Assembly: GCA_029263215.1 (NCBI GenBank)
Contig: JAJCXY010000053.1
Coordinates: 76,417 to 140,416, forward strand
Direction of reading: 5' to 3'
Source: Acidimicrobiales bacterium
GTDB lineage: Bacteria > Actinomycetota > Acidimicrobiia > Acidimicrobiales > Aldehydirespiratoraceae
DNA: 64,000 bases
Every line of letters starts with the position of its first letter. Position 1 is the first letter of the stretch. This document shows positions 9,496-17,940 of the stretch, in pieces. The notes under the pieces were generated by a model that saw only the letters and a program-made list of their open reading frames with translations, did not search any database and had not been told where the DNA came from. A program made the position numbers and the translations under genes.

Positions 9496-10434
9496 GTGAT
9501 CTTCGAACCACTTCGTACCACTCGGCTCTTACTCCGGCCCGTGCGTCTCGATGATGCTGCGCCCTCGGTTGAGAGGCGAAACGACCCCGCAGACCCATGG
9601 TTGATGCTCACCATCGCCGACCTCGACGACACGCTCGTCCTCGGAGATCTCGCCCTTCGTCTCAGCTGTGAGGGACGCTCCGCTGAGATCGGCTACAGCT
9701 TGGCCACCGAGCACTGGAACCACGGCTACGCCACCGAGGCGGTCGAGGGGCTAGCGGCGTGGCTCCTCGAGGTGCAGGGCGTTTCGCGAGTGCAGGCCAC
9801 GGTCGATCCCGACAATCTGGCCTCGGCGCTGGTGCTCGAACGGGCGGGATTCATCTTCGAGAGCACGAGTCGACTCGCCTCGTGGGTCGGCGACACGAAC
9901 TCCGACGACCAGGTGTACGCGCTGGTGCGAACCGACTGGGAGGCTTGGCGTTCGCGACCGAGTTCCCCTCCGGAGACGGTCACGCTCGTCGAACTCACCG
10001 AGGCCAACTTCACCAAGTCTCGTCATCTGGCAACCCACAAGAGCCAGGAGCGCTTCGTCTCTCCTATGTACGGGTCGTTCGCCAACGCCCTGTTCCCGGA
10101 GGTGATCGACGGCGCGCCGGTGGTCCCGTGGCTGCGAGGAGTCGTTGCCGACGATGAGTGGGTGGGCTTCGTGATGCTCGCGCTCGTCACCGACAGCCAT
10201 CCAGAGCCCTACCTATGGCGCCTGCTCGTCGACCGACTGCATCAACGGCGGGGGATCGGAAGACGGATCCTCGACCTCGTCGTGGAGGAGGTTCGATCAT
10301 CGGGTGCCGACACCCTGCTCACGTCGTGGACCGAGGGTCGCGGCTCCCCCCGTCCCTTTTACGAACGCTACGGGTTCGTACCGACCGGGCAGATCATCGA
10401 CGATGAAACCGAAGCCCGGTTCCCGCTTGGCTGA
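9496..10434 (+). CDS. Tandem GNAT-family N-acetyltransferase
   Basis: 312-aa ORF with a GTG start. It has two acetyltransferase-like halves: RimJ/L-like TTRLLLRPV...WNHGYATEA, and a second half with QRRGIGRRILD, the acetyl-CoA-binding Q/RxxGxG/A motif. Confidence 0.8.
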   Translation: MIFEPLRTTRLLLRPVRLDDAAPSVERRNDPADPWLMLTIADLDDTLVLGDLALRLSCEGRSAEIGYSLATEHWNHGYATEAVEGLAAWLLEVQGVSRVQATVDPDNLASALVLERAGFIFESTSRLASWVGDTNSDDQVYALVRTDWEAWRSRPSSPPETVTLVELTEANFTKSRHLATHKSQERFVSPMYGSFANALFPEVIDGAPVVPWLRGVVADDEWVGFVMLALVTDSHPEPYLWRLLVDRLHQRRGIGRRILDLVVEEVRSSGADTLLTSWTEGRGSPRPFYERYGFVPTGQIIDDETEARFPLG

Positions 10435-10446
10435 GGAGGCGCTGGC

Positions 10447-11250
10447 TCAGAAGTCGCTCGGTCGGGCCACGATCACGGGGCGCGGGCACGCCTGTACCGC
10501 AGCCATGCAGATGGTCCCGAATCGGGGTCGGACCAGTGCGAACATGTCGGGTGAGGAGATGGCTAGGAAGGCGGCGTCGTGGCGGTCGACGTATGCGGCC
10601 AGGGTCGAGGCGGCATCATCTGTGTAGACGACGTGCCAGCTGACGTCGCGGAGGTCGATCGGCTGGGTGAGATCGAGAGCGTAGGCGGAGTCGGGAGTCC
10701 ACTTCCGCCGCGCGCCGAGTCGTCGGGTGCCGGCCAGCGAGCCCGAACCGACCACCCGTATCAGCCGAAGATGAGATCCGAGTGCGGCGGCGAGTAGGGC
10801 CCCAGTCTGTGTCTCGCGGGCCGCGCTGCCCGAACCATCAGTGGCGGCAACGACGTCGCCCTCGAGGGATGCGTCGAGTCTCGCGTTCGGGCCGACCATC
10901 ACGATGGGGCCGTCCCACTCGTGCGTCATGGCCTGGGCGAACGACATCGTGGGCTGATCGGCCACCGGTTGGTCGGTGCCCATCACCACCAGATCCCCGG
11001 GCCGAAGCTGAGCCGCGAACTCGGCCACCGAGTCTGGCTGATTGCCGGTCAGATCGATGGCGTCGGGGTCGAGTCGGGTGAGCGGTGCGAAATGAATTGG
11101 CAGATCCCACCGCTCGGCCAACCGGGTGGCGATCGCCGCCCCTCGGTCGTCGCTACGGTCGAGAACGAGCGGAACGACGAGTCGGCTCAAAGGCGCGCCA
11201 CCGCCGAGATCCACCTGCCTAGGGGACTCTGTGGGTTTCATCGGAGCCAT
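10447..11250 (-). CDS. Divergent tandem universal stress protein (UspA)-like protein
   Basis: 267-aa ORF with two alpha/beta Usp-like halves (VVPLVLDRS, VVAATDGSGSAARE). The ATP-binding motif is weak or degenerate. Confidence 0.5.
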   Translation of the reverse strand: MAPMKPTESPRQVDLGGGAPLSRLVVPLVLDRSDDRGAAIATRLAERWDLPIHFAPLTRLDPDAIDLTGNQPDSVAEFAAQLRPGDLVVMGTDQPVADQPTMSFAQAMTHEWDGPIVMVGPNARLDASLEGDVVAATDGSGSAARETQTGALLAAALGSHLRLIRVVGSGSLAGTRRLGARRKWTPDSAYALDLTQPIDLRDVSWHVVYTDDAASTLAAYVDRHDAAFLAISSPDMFALVRPRFGTICMAAVQACPRPVIVARPSDF

Positions 11251-11315
11251 ACCGGCACCCTTGCCAAGTACACCACCTTTTCGGTGGCAAAGAAAGGGCG
11301 CCCCCGACCTCTGTT

Positions 11316-12599
11316 CTAGAGGGAGTCGGCGGTGATGTGCTCGATCACGATTGGCAGGCTCGGCAGGGGTTCGTCGCCGATCTGAACCGCACCGTCGAGG
11401 GTCGGGATGACCTGCTCGAGCAGGGCGGGAGTGTCGGCGTGCAGTTCGAGTACGGGTTGGCCGGATTCGACTTCATCTCCCGGCGCCACCAGACAGATCA
11501 CACCCGCGGTGGCGCTCACGGGGTCTTCCTTGCGAGCGCGACCTGCACCGAGGCGCCACGCGGCATTGCCGATCGGCCGGGACCGAACTGCGGAAACGAG
11601 CCCGCTCGATGTGGCCTTGATCTGGGTCGTGTGTTCGGCAACCGGGAGTCCCGCGCCCAGGTCGCCACCCTGGGCTTCGACCATTTCCTCGAAGATGGTC
11701 AGAGCCGCTCCGGACGCGAGGAGAGAGGCGGGGTCGGCGTCGAGGCCGGCAAGACGCACCATGTCCTCGGCGAGAGCGACGGTGAGCTCGATCACGTCGG
11801 CCGGACCCCGCCCGGCGAGTACCTCGAGAGACTCGGTCACCTCGACGGCGTTGCCCACCGCCCTTCCGAGCACGTCGTCCATGCGAGTGACCAGAGCCGA
11901 TGTGGCCACGCCGTGATCGGTGCCGAGCCGCACCATCGTGCGGGCCAGCGTGGTGGCCGACTCGACGTCGGACATGAAGGCACCGGCGCCGGCTTTGACG
12001 TCGAGGGTGAGGGCATCGGTTCCCTCGGCGATCTTCTTCGACATTATGGAGCTGGCGATCAGGGGGATCGATTCGACCGTGCCGGTCACGTCGCGGAGGG
12101 CATAGAGCTTGCGATCGGCGGGGGCCAGGTCGCCGGTGGCCCCGGCGATGACGCCGCCGATCGTGGCGAGTTGGTTGCGGAGCTCGGTGAGGGTGAGGTC
12201 GGCGCGCCAGCCGGATATGGATTCCATCTTGTCGAGGGTGCCTCCGGTGTGGCCGAGTCCTCGGCCCGAAAGCTGGGGCACCGCCGCGCCACACGCCGCC
12301 AGCAGGGGTACGAGTATGAGCGAGATCTTGTCGCCGACTCCGCCGGTGGAGTGCTTGTCGACAGTGGGGCGCCCCACGTCGGACAGGTCGAGCGTGGCCC
12401 CCGAATCGATCATGGCCTGGGTCCACCGCGACAGCTCTTGGGGCACCATCCCGTGGAGGAATATTGCCATGGCGAGAGACGCGGCTTGCTCATCGGCGAT
12501 CTCCTCCCCGGCGGCATAGGTGGAGATGAACCAGTCGATCTGTTGGGGCGTGAGTTCTCCGCCGTCCCGTTTGGCCATGATTACATCGAGGACGTTCAT
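11316..12599 (-). CDS. deoA: Thymidine (pyrimidine-nucleoside) phosphorylase
   Basis: ORF 11316..12638, with the start placed at MNVLDVIMAKRDGGELT (ATG 12599). Contains the HSTGGVGDK and SGRGLGHTGGTLDK motifs. Confidence 0.92.
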   Translation of the reverse strand: MNVLDVIMAKRDGGELTPQQIDWFISTYAAGEEIADEQAASLAMAIFLHGMVPQELSRWTQAMIDSGATLDLSDVGRPTVDKHSTGGVGDKISLILVPLLAACGAAVPQLSGRGLGHTGGTLDKMESISGWRADLTLTELRNQLATIGGVIAGATGDLAPADRKLYALRDVTGTVESIPLIASSIMSKKIAEGTDALTLDVKAGAGAFMSDVESATTLARTMVRLGTDHGVATSALVTRMDDVLGRAVGNAVEVTESLEVLAGRGPADVIELTVALAEDMVRLAGLDADPASLLASGAALTIFEEMVEAQGGDLGAGLPVAEHTTQIKATSSGLVSAVRSRPIGNAAWRLGAGRARKEDPVSATAGVICLVAPGDEVESGQPVLELHADTPALLEQVIPTLDGAVQIGDEPLPSLPIVIEHITADSL

Positions 12600-12691
12600 T
12601 TCGGATGGGCCTCCTGCCGCGGCGATCAGTAGCCACAATCATGCACGATCAGGGTGCTGGAACCAGCGTGGGCCGCCGGTTTGCCGTCGCG

Positions 12692-13645
12692 TTATCCCGC
12701 GAGCGACTCGGCCCCCGCTTCGGCTGCCTTGATGCCGAGCATGCGGCACACTGCCACCGAGAGCTCGGGCTGGTTCATGGTGTAGAAGTGGAAGTGACGC
12801 ACGCCGTGCTCCACCAACAGGCGACATTGCTCGGCCGCAACGGTGGCGGCAACCATGCGGCGGATTTCGGGCGAGTCGTCGAGGCCGCCGAAGAGGTCGT
12901 ACATCCACGATGGAATGTCGGTGCCGCAGCGTTCGGCGAAGCCGACGAGCTTCGTGAAGTTGGTGACCGGCATGATACCGGCCACGATCGGGGCGCTGAT
13001 CCCGGCCATTCTCACCGTCTCGAACCAGCGCACGAATACATCGGTATCGAAGAAGAACTGGGTGATCGCCCGATCGGCGCCCGCCTCGAACTTTCGTTCG
13101 AGATTCTCGAGATCAGCCGTGGCGCTCGCGGCCTTGGGGTGGATCTCGGGGTAGGCCGCGACCGAGATGTCGAACTGATCACCGTCGGGTCGTCGCCGCA
13201 GACCGGTGACGAGGTCGGCTGCGGTGTGGTAGCCGCCATCGACCGTGCCGTCGCCCTCTCCGGGAGGCGCGTCGCCTCGCAGGGCGACGATTCGGCGCAC
13301 CCCGGCGGCGACATAGGAATCGACAACGGTGTCGACTTCCTCGGCGGTGCTTCCGACGCAGGTGAGGTGGCCCGCAACTTCGAGGTCGGTGCTGGCGGCC
13401 AGCGACTCGATGGTGGTGACCGTGCGCTCCTGGGTGGTGCCGCCGGCTCCGTAGGTGACCGAAACGAAACTTGGCTCGAGAGGCGCGAGTTCGGCGATGC
13501 ATGAATCGAGTTGGTTGTTGGCGGCACTCGACCCGGGAGGGAAGAACTCAAAGGAAACTTCGAGCTCGGGCCGTATCGGAGTGGTGAGCCAGGGGCGGCG
13601 TGCGAGTCGGGCCGCTGTCTCCCGATCGGAGGTCTGGATGGTCAT
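12692..13645 (-). CDS. metF: 5,10-methylenetetrahydrofolate reductase
   Basis: ORF 12692..13789, with the start placed at MTIQTSD (ATG 13645), an ATGA overlap with the upstream gene. Contains EVSFEFFPP, SVTYGAGG, and HFHFYTMNQ near the C-terminus. Confidence 0.92.
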   Translation of the reverse strand: MTIQTSDRETAARLARRPWLTTPIRPELEVSFEFFPPGSSAANNQLDSCIAELAPLEPSFVSVTYGAGGTTQERTVTTIESLAASTDLEVAGHLTCVGSTAEEVDTVVDSYVAAGVRRIVALRGDAPPGEGDGTVDGGYHTAADLVTGLRRRPDGDQFDISVAAYPEIHPKAASATADLENLERKFEAGADRAITQFFFDTDVFVRWFETVRMAGISAPIVAGIMPVTNFTKLVGFAERCGTDIPSWMYDLFGGLDDSPEIRRMVAATVAAEQCRLLVEHGVRHFHFYTMNQPELSVAVCRMLGIKAAEAGAESLAG

Positions 13646-14622
13646 GATGCGGCCTCGAGGGGATAGACGGCGGGTGCGTCGGGTCGTTGGCTGGCGACCC
13701 AGATCGACACGGTGAGCGGGTCGCCATGGGTTTCGATCGGTTTCATGTGGCGAACGTTGAGATCGGTGAGTCCGGCCCCTTCGCACCACGCGGTGATCTC
13801 TTCAGTGGTGAAACCGAGGCGGCGGTGGGAGAACTCGGTGCGGAGTGACTCGAGCTGATGAGGTCCGAAGTCGACGATGACCAGACGACCGAAGGGGCGA
13901 AGCGTGCGCCCCGCCTGGGCGATTGCCTCGGCGGGATCGTCGAGGAAGTGCAGGACGTGGTGCAGCACGGCTGTGTCGACCGATCCCGGCCGGCGTTCGA
14001 TGTCGTAGGCGCTTCCGTGTTGCACCGAACAGTGACGGAGCTGGGCCTGGTCGAGTCGACTACGAGCGATGTTGAGCATCTTGGAGCTGAGATCGAGGCC
14101 GACCCCGCGGCGAATCGAAGGGGCGAAGATCTCCAGGACGCGGCCGGTGCCGGTGCCGATGTCGAGGAGTTCGTCGATGTCGAGGTCGGCGACGGCTTCG
14201 AGCATCGCGGCTTCGACGGCGTCGTCGGCGACATGGAGTTGGCGCATGTCGTCCCAGCTGGTGGCGATCGATTCGAAGTAGCGCTCCGCGGCTTCGGCCC
14301 GTTCGGTGCGCACCACGGCGAGCCGATGAGCATCGCGTTCGAAGATCGGGTCGGTCTGGTCGACGAGGGCAAGTACCGCGGTGGTCAGCTCGTGGCCCGT
14401 GCCGGTGACCGCTGGGCGGTAGAAGGCGCTGGTGCCTTCCGCGTGGCGGACCAGAAGCTCGGCATCGCACAGGAGCTTGAGGTGGCGACTGACGCGGGGT
14501 TGGGACTGGTCGAGCACCCGACACAGTTCGCCGACGGTGAGTTCGGTGCGATCGAGGGCGGCCAGGATGCGTAGTCGGGTGGATTCGGCGGTGGCCCTGA
14601 GTGCCTCGAGTAGTTCCTGCAT
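13642..14622 (-). CDS. ArsR-type HTH fused to a SAM-methyltransferase-like domain (SahR-like regulator of methionine/C1 metabolism)
   Basis: 326-aa ORF. The N-terminus has ESTRLRILAAL...VGELCRVLDQSQPRVSRHLKLL (ArsR wHTH). The C-terminus has methyltransferase motif I, LLDIGTGTGR. It is translationally coupled to metF. Confidence 0.85.
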   Translation of the reverse strand: MQELLEALRATAESTRLRILAALDRTELTVGELCRVLDQSQPRVSRHLKLLCDAELLVRHAEGTSAFYRPAVTGTGHELTTAVLALVDQTDPIFERDAHRLAVVRTERAEAAERYFESIATSWDDMRQLHVADDAVEAAMLEAVADLDIDELLDIGTGTGRVLEIFAPSIRRGVGLDLSSKMLNIARSRLDQAQLRHCSVQHGSAYDIERRPGSVDTAVLHHVLHFLDDPAEAIAQAGRTLRPFGRLVIVDFGPHQLESLRTEFSHRRLGFTTEEITAWCEGAGLTDLNVRHMKPIETHGDPLTVSIWVASQRPDAPAVYPLEAAS

Positions 14623-14650
14623 GTTCCAGAAGGGTACTCGGTTTCGAGAT

Positions 14651-14674
14651 ATTCATCAAGATATCTTTATGAAT
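14651..14674. promoter_or_regulatory. Imperfect palindrome ATTCATCAAGATATCTTTATGAAT, a candidate operator of the ArsR/SahR-like regulator
   Basis: 22 of 24 positions are self-complementary, centred on GATATC. It lies 29 nt upstream of the regulator start in one of the few AT-rich islands of the window. The flanks extend the symmetry to 26 of 32 positions over 14647..14678. Confidence 0.6.
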
Positions 14675-14741
14675 CTATACTGAGAGCTCAGATGGTGGGG
14701 CTGGTCTGGAAGTAGACCGTGTTTCAGGGGGTTTCGAAGGG

Positions 14742-15392
14742 GTGCCGTCGACACCTCTAGTGGGCGCGTCCCCGAGCCTCACCCTGGAGCCCCTGCTTCA
14801 TCGCCTCTTCACCGCCCATGTGGACTCAGTGTTCAACGTCGCCTATCGAGTCACCTGGAATCGCGCCGATGCCGAGGATGTGGTGCAGTCGAGCTTCTTG
14901 AAGGTCATCGTCAACCACGGCCAACTCGATGATCCGTCTCGCGAGCGGGCCTGGGTGCTTCAGGTTGCCTACCGCGAGGCAATCGCCGTGTTGCGCAGGC
15001 GACGCGAGCAACCGATCGATCCCTCCGTGCTTCCCGACTCGCCCTCCGCTGATCCATCGCCCGACGAGGCCGTCGTGCTCTCCGACCTGGCCCGGATGAT
15101 CAGCGGAGCATTCGAGCGCATGACTGCTCCCGAACGTATGGCCGTGGTCTTGCGCGACGTCGAGGGGCTGGCCATGAAGGAGGTCGCGTCGGTGATGGGC
15201 CTCGGGCTGTCGGCGGCCAAGATGAGGGTGCATCGGGGCCGCCAAACTCTCCGCATCCTGCTCGAATCGGAAGGACTGCGAGGAACGCACTCGCCTCTAC
15301 GCGGCGATGGTGGCGGATCTCACCGGGCCGCGCTGACCGCGTCGATGAGTTTATCGACGCTCGGCCGGTCGTCGGGGCCTTCGCCCCAGTAA
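14742..15392 (+). CDS. ECF-type sigma-70 family RNA polymerase sigma factor
   Basis: 216-aa ORF with a GTG start. Region 2 is VFNVAYRVTWNRADAEDVVQSSFLKV. Region 4 is ERMAVVLRDVEGLAMKEVASVMGLGLSAAKMRVHRGRQTL. A ~40-aa low-complexity tail overlaps the convergent gene. Confidence 0.85.
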   Translation: MPSTPLVGASPSLTLEPLLHRLFTAHVDSVFNVAYRVTWNRADAEDVVQSSFLKVIVNHGQLDDPSRERAWVLQVAYREAIAVLRRRREQPIDPSVLPDSPSADPSPDEAVVLSDLARMISGAFERMTAPERMAVVLRDVEGLAMKEVASVMGLGLSAAKMRVHRGRQTLRILLESEGLRGTHSPLRGDGGGSHRAALTASMSLSTLGRSSGPSPQ

Positions 15393-15877
15393 CCCCACAC
15401 CAGTGTGCCATCAGGGCCGATCACGAAATCACCTCCGAGTTGGAGGGTGTCCTCGGTGGGTCGACCAAGGCCCCTGAGCCCGTTCTTGCGGAAGAGCTCG
15501 ACGTAGCGGCGAAGTGAACGCAGCCCCCACACCCGACGAACCGAGCCCCTTCCCAGGCCGAACGCCCGATAGGCGCGGCGGTCGTCGTCTATGAGGATCG
15601 TGTAAGGGAGTTCGTTCACGGTGAGGTAGTCGACCAGGTGGGCGCGCTGGGTGAACGTGATCAGGACCACATCGGTGGCCTCACCCAGCTCGTCGAGGCG
15701 ATCGCGCACGGCGATCGCATGTGCGACACACGGGAGTCAATGGATATGACGGTGAAAGATGAGCACCACCGTTTGGCCCAGATGGCCGTCCAGGCGCCAG
15801 TCGTTACCGGCCTCGTCGCGGAGGTGCACCTCGGGCGCGGTGGCACCTATTGGCGGCCTGGTCGGTGATGTTGGCAT
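15320..15877 (-). CDS. Peroxiredoxin-like thioredoxin-fold protein (AhpC/TSA-type) with one in-frame TGA at codon 47. It is a candidate selenoprotein (U-L-P-C); the alternative is a pseudogene.
   Basis: The frame of the track ORF 15320..15709 continues upstream without any other stop to the ATG at 15877, which is preceded by AGGAGA. The translation reads ...VVLIFHRHIH-TGA-LPCVAHAIAVRDRLDEL.... The TGA (15737..15739) sits where homologues carry the first Cys of the CxxC motif. Confidence 0.6.
15698..15718 (-). promoter_or_regulatory. Candidate SECIS-like hairpin GCGAUCGC-CGUGC-GCGAUCGC, starting 18 nt 3' of the in-frame UGA
   Basis: A perfect 8-bp stem and a 5-nt loop containing GU, read directly from the minus-strand mRNA sequence. 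Confidence 0.4.
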
Positions 15878-15909
15878 GGCTGTCTCCTGACTCTGCGGTG
15901 CATGTCGCG

Positions 15910-16767
15910 CTAGGGCGCGAACACGCGAACCTCGACCGCCCCGACATTGCCGCCGGTGGAGGTCTCTACATCGAATCGGATCTCCTGGCCGGTGAATACC
16001 GCATCAGCGAAACCCGGATTGGCCGGATTGCCGGCCGGGAACGGACCGAACGTCTCGGCGCCGTCGACGGTGATGGTGAACTGCTCGGTGATGGCCGATC
16101 CGTTGAGCATCGAACGGGTGACGAACTCGACGCCCACGACATCTCGGACCGAACCGAGATCGATCACAATGAAACCGCCGTCGCCATCGCCGGCGGTGGC
16201 CCATTCGGTGGTGAGGTCGTCGTCGAGTGCGTTCTCGGCCTCCCAGCCCGCACTGAAGATGGAACTCGCCTCCACCAGAGTGGCACCGAGGGCGAGATTG
16301 TCGCCGTGCACGACCATCTCCGTCATCGAGTCGCCGCTGGCGGCCGCATCTTCGATCTCCGAGATCACGAACGTGCCGGTTTCGGATCGGTACTGCTTGC
16401 CGTCGGCGGTGGAGCCCTGAACCCTGAAGAAGTAGGTCTTGCCCGCCTCAGCTCCGGGGAGGACGACGTCGTGGTCGATGATTCCAGTGCCGGTCATCGC
16501 CAGGCTGTTGTTGAAGTGGCCGAACTCCTCGGTCTCGCCCCAGACGATCGTGCAGATCATGGCCTCGGTGGTGCGAACGCGAAAGATCCCCCGATCGGGG
16601 TTGGTGGGGTCGCCCTCGAACGCAAATTCGTTCTCCTGCACCAGAGAGAAGTCGAGAAGTTCTCCGGCGGTGGCGGTGTCACTGGAATCGTCACCTCCAC
16701 AAGACGAGGCGATGATTGCGACCGCCAGCAGGGCGGCGCTGAAGCGTTGGAAGCGGCGACGAGACAT
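15910..16767 (-). CDS. Secreted lipoprotein with a C-terminal discoidin (F5/8 type C)-like domain
   Basis: 285-aa ORF. The signal peptide with lipobox is LAVAIIASSC. The C-terminal half (ENALDDDLTTEWATAGDGDGGFIVIDLG) is typical of discoidin/galactose-binding-like domains. Confidence 0.7.
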   Translation of the reverse strand: MSRRRFQRFSAALLAVAIIASSCGGDDSSDTATAGELLDFSLVQENEFAFEGDPTNPDRGIFRVRTTEAMICTIVWGETEEFGHFNNSLAMTGTGIIDHDVVLPGAEAGKTYFFRVQGSTADGKQYRSETGTFVISEIEDAAASGDSMTEMVVHGDNLALGATLVEASSIFSAGWEAENALDDDLTTEWATAGDGDGGFIVIDLGSVRDVVGVEFVTRSMLNGSAITEQFTITVDGAETFGPFPAGNPANPGFADAVFTGQEIRFDVETSTGGNVGAVEVRVFAP

Positions 16768-16887
16768 TGGGGCTCCGGGTGATAGGGGGCGTCAGCGGTA
16801 TGACGCGTCGACCATCGGATCGGTCACAACTTCATTTTCCGTGGCGCGTGACTCCTGCTGCTCGCGGTGCGGGGGAGGCTCCCGATT

Positions 16888-17940
16888 TCAGCTGGTGGTG
16901 GGAAGACCAGCACTGATCCAGGCATCGATTCCGCCGTCGATCTCGGTGACGTCGGTGAACCCGAGGCTGCGCATCAGAGCGAGGGTCTGGCCGCTGCGGT
17001 TTCCCGACCGGCAGTAGAGGAGGTAGGGCTCGTCGGGGTCGAGTTCGGCCAACCGATCGGCGAAGTCGTCGCGGTAGAAGTCGAGCATGGTTGCGTCTTC
17101 GAGATGGCCTGCGTCGAACTCCTCCTGGGTGCGCACGTCGAGCACGACCAGGTTGTCGGGGGGGTTGGAGTGGAGTTCGGCGGCGACGCTGGCCGACACC
17201 GTCTCGAGGCTCTGGGTGTCGGCGGGGGCTGCGTCTTCTGAGGGGGAGTCGCCGACGGTTGCTGCGGCTGCATCGACGAAGGCGCCGAACTGATCGATGG
17301 AGATCTCACCGGCCCAGCGCGTGAGGACCGACCCGTCGGCGCCTACCGCCACCCCGAACGGGAAGCTACCCAGTCCGTAACCCTGGGCGAGTGCGCCGTC
17401 GTCGCTGTCGACGATGATGGTGCCGGTGAAGCCCTCTTCTTCAAACCACGCAGACGGGGGGTAGTTGGTGGCCGTCGTCTCGACGCTGGTGCTCACCGCC
17501 AAGATCTCGACCCCATTGGGGACGTCGTTGGCCGCCATCCAGTCGACGACCTTAGGGAGCTCGACCTGGCAATGGGGACACCAGTGGGCGAGGAACAGGA
17601 TCACCCGCGCCACCCCGTCGTCGGGACGGATCTGCACCCGGTCGCCGTCGAGGGTCTGGGCGATGAGCTGAGGGGCCGCCAGTCCGGCGGCGTCGTTGGG
17701 ACTCGCGAACCGGGGAAGCGGGTCGCCGATCGTCTCCGCGAAAGCGGTCTCCTCCACGTTGGAGGCAGGAGCGCTGTCGCCTCCCGATGACAGGGCGATG
17801 GCCACGATAGCTGCCAGCAGGATTATGGCTCCGACCCACAACACCGGCGATTGCAGGATGGTGCGGTTGGGGGAGTCCTCCGCGGCGGCGACCCGTGGTG
17901 GGATGCGGCCGTGTTTTGAGGTGTTGGGACGATTGCTCAC
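16888..17940 (-). CDS. Membrane-anchored TlpA/ResA-like thioredoxin fused to a C-terminal rhodanese domain
   Basis: ORF 16888..18063, with the start placed at GTG 17940 (a GTGA overlap with the dsbB-like stop). It has one N-terminal TM helix (VLWVGAIILLAAIVAIAL), the thioredoxin motif HWCPHC, and a rhodanese active-site loop YCRSGNRSG. Confidence 0.8.
   Translation of the reverse strand: MSNRPNTSKHGRIPPRVAAAEDSPNRTILQSPVLWVGAIILLAAIVAIALSSGGDSAPASNVEETAFAETIGDPLPRFASPNDAAGLAAPQLIAQTLDGDRVQIRPDDGVARVILFLAHWCPHCQVELPKVVDWMAANDVPNGVEILAVSTSVETTATNYPPSAWFEEEGFTGTIIVDSDDGALAQGYGLGSFPFGVAVGADGSVLTRWAGEISIDQFGAFVDAAAATVGDSPSEDAAPADTQSLETVSASVAAELHSNPPDNLVVLDVRTQEEFDAGHLEDATMLDFYRDDFADRLAELDPDEPYLLYCRSGNRSGQTLALMRSLGFTDVTEIDGGIDAWISAGLPTTS

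Noticed and set aside
15698-15718. The GCGATCGC ... GCGATCGC pair read as a HIP1-like repeat or a restriction-site-type genomic palindrome rather than an RNA element.
   Set aside because: This is not fully rejected. GCGATCGC-type palindromes are expected fairly often in high-GC DNA, and this one also encodes AIAVRDR. I keep the SECIS interpretation only because of its position 18 nt after the single in-frame UGA, and I flag it at low confidence.
15661-15846. A 61-aa minus-strand ORF that fills the gap upstream of the truncated peroxiredoxin-like ORF.
   Set aside because: It is in a different frame and has no recognisable fold. The gap is better explained by the in-frame continuation of the 15320..15709 frame through a single TGA up to the ATG at 15877, which has a proper RBS and encodes the missing N-terminal beta-strands of the thioredoxin fold.
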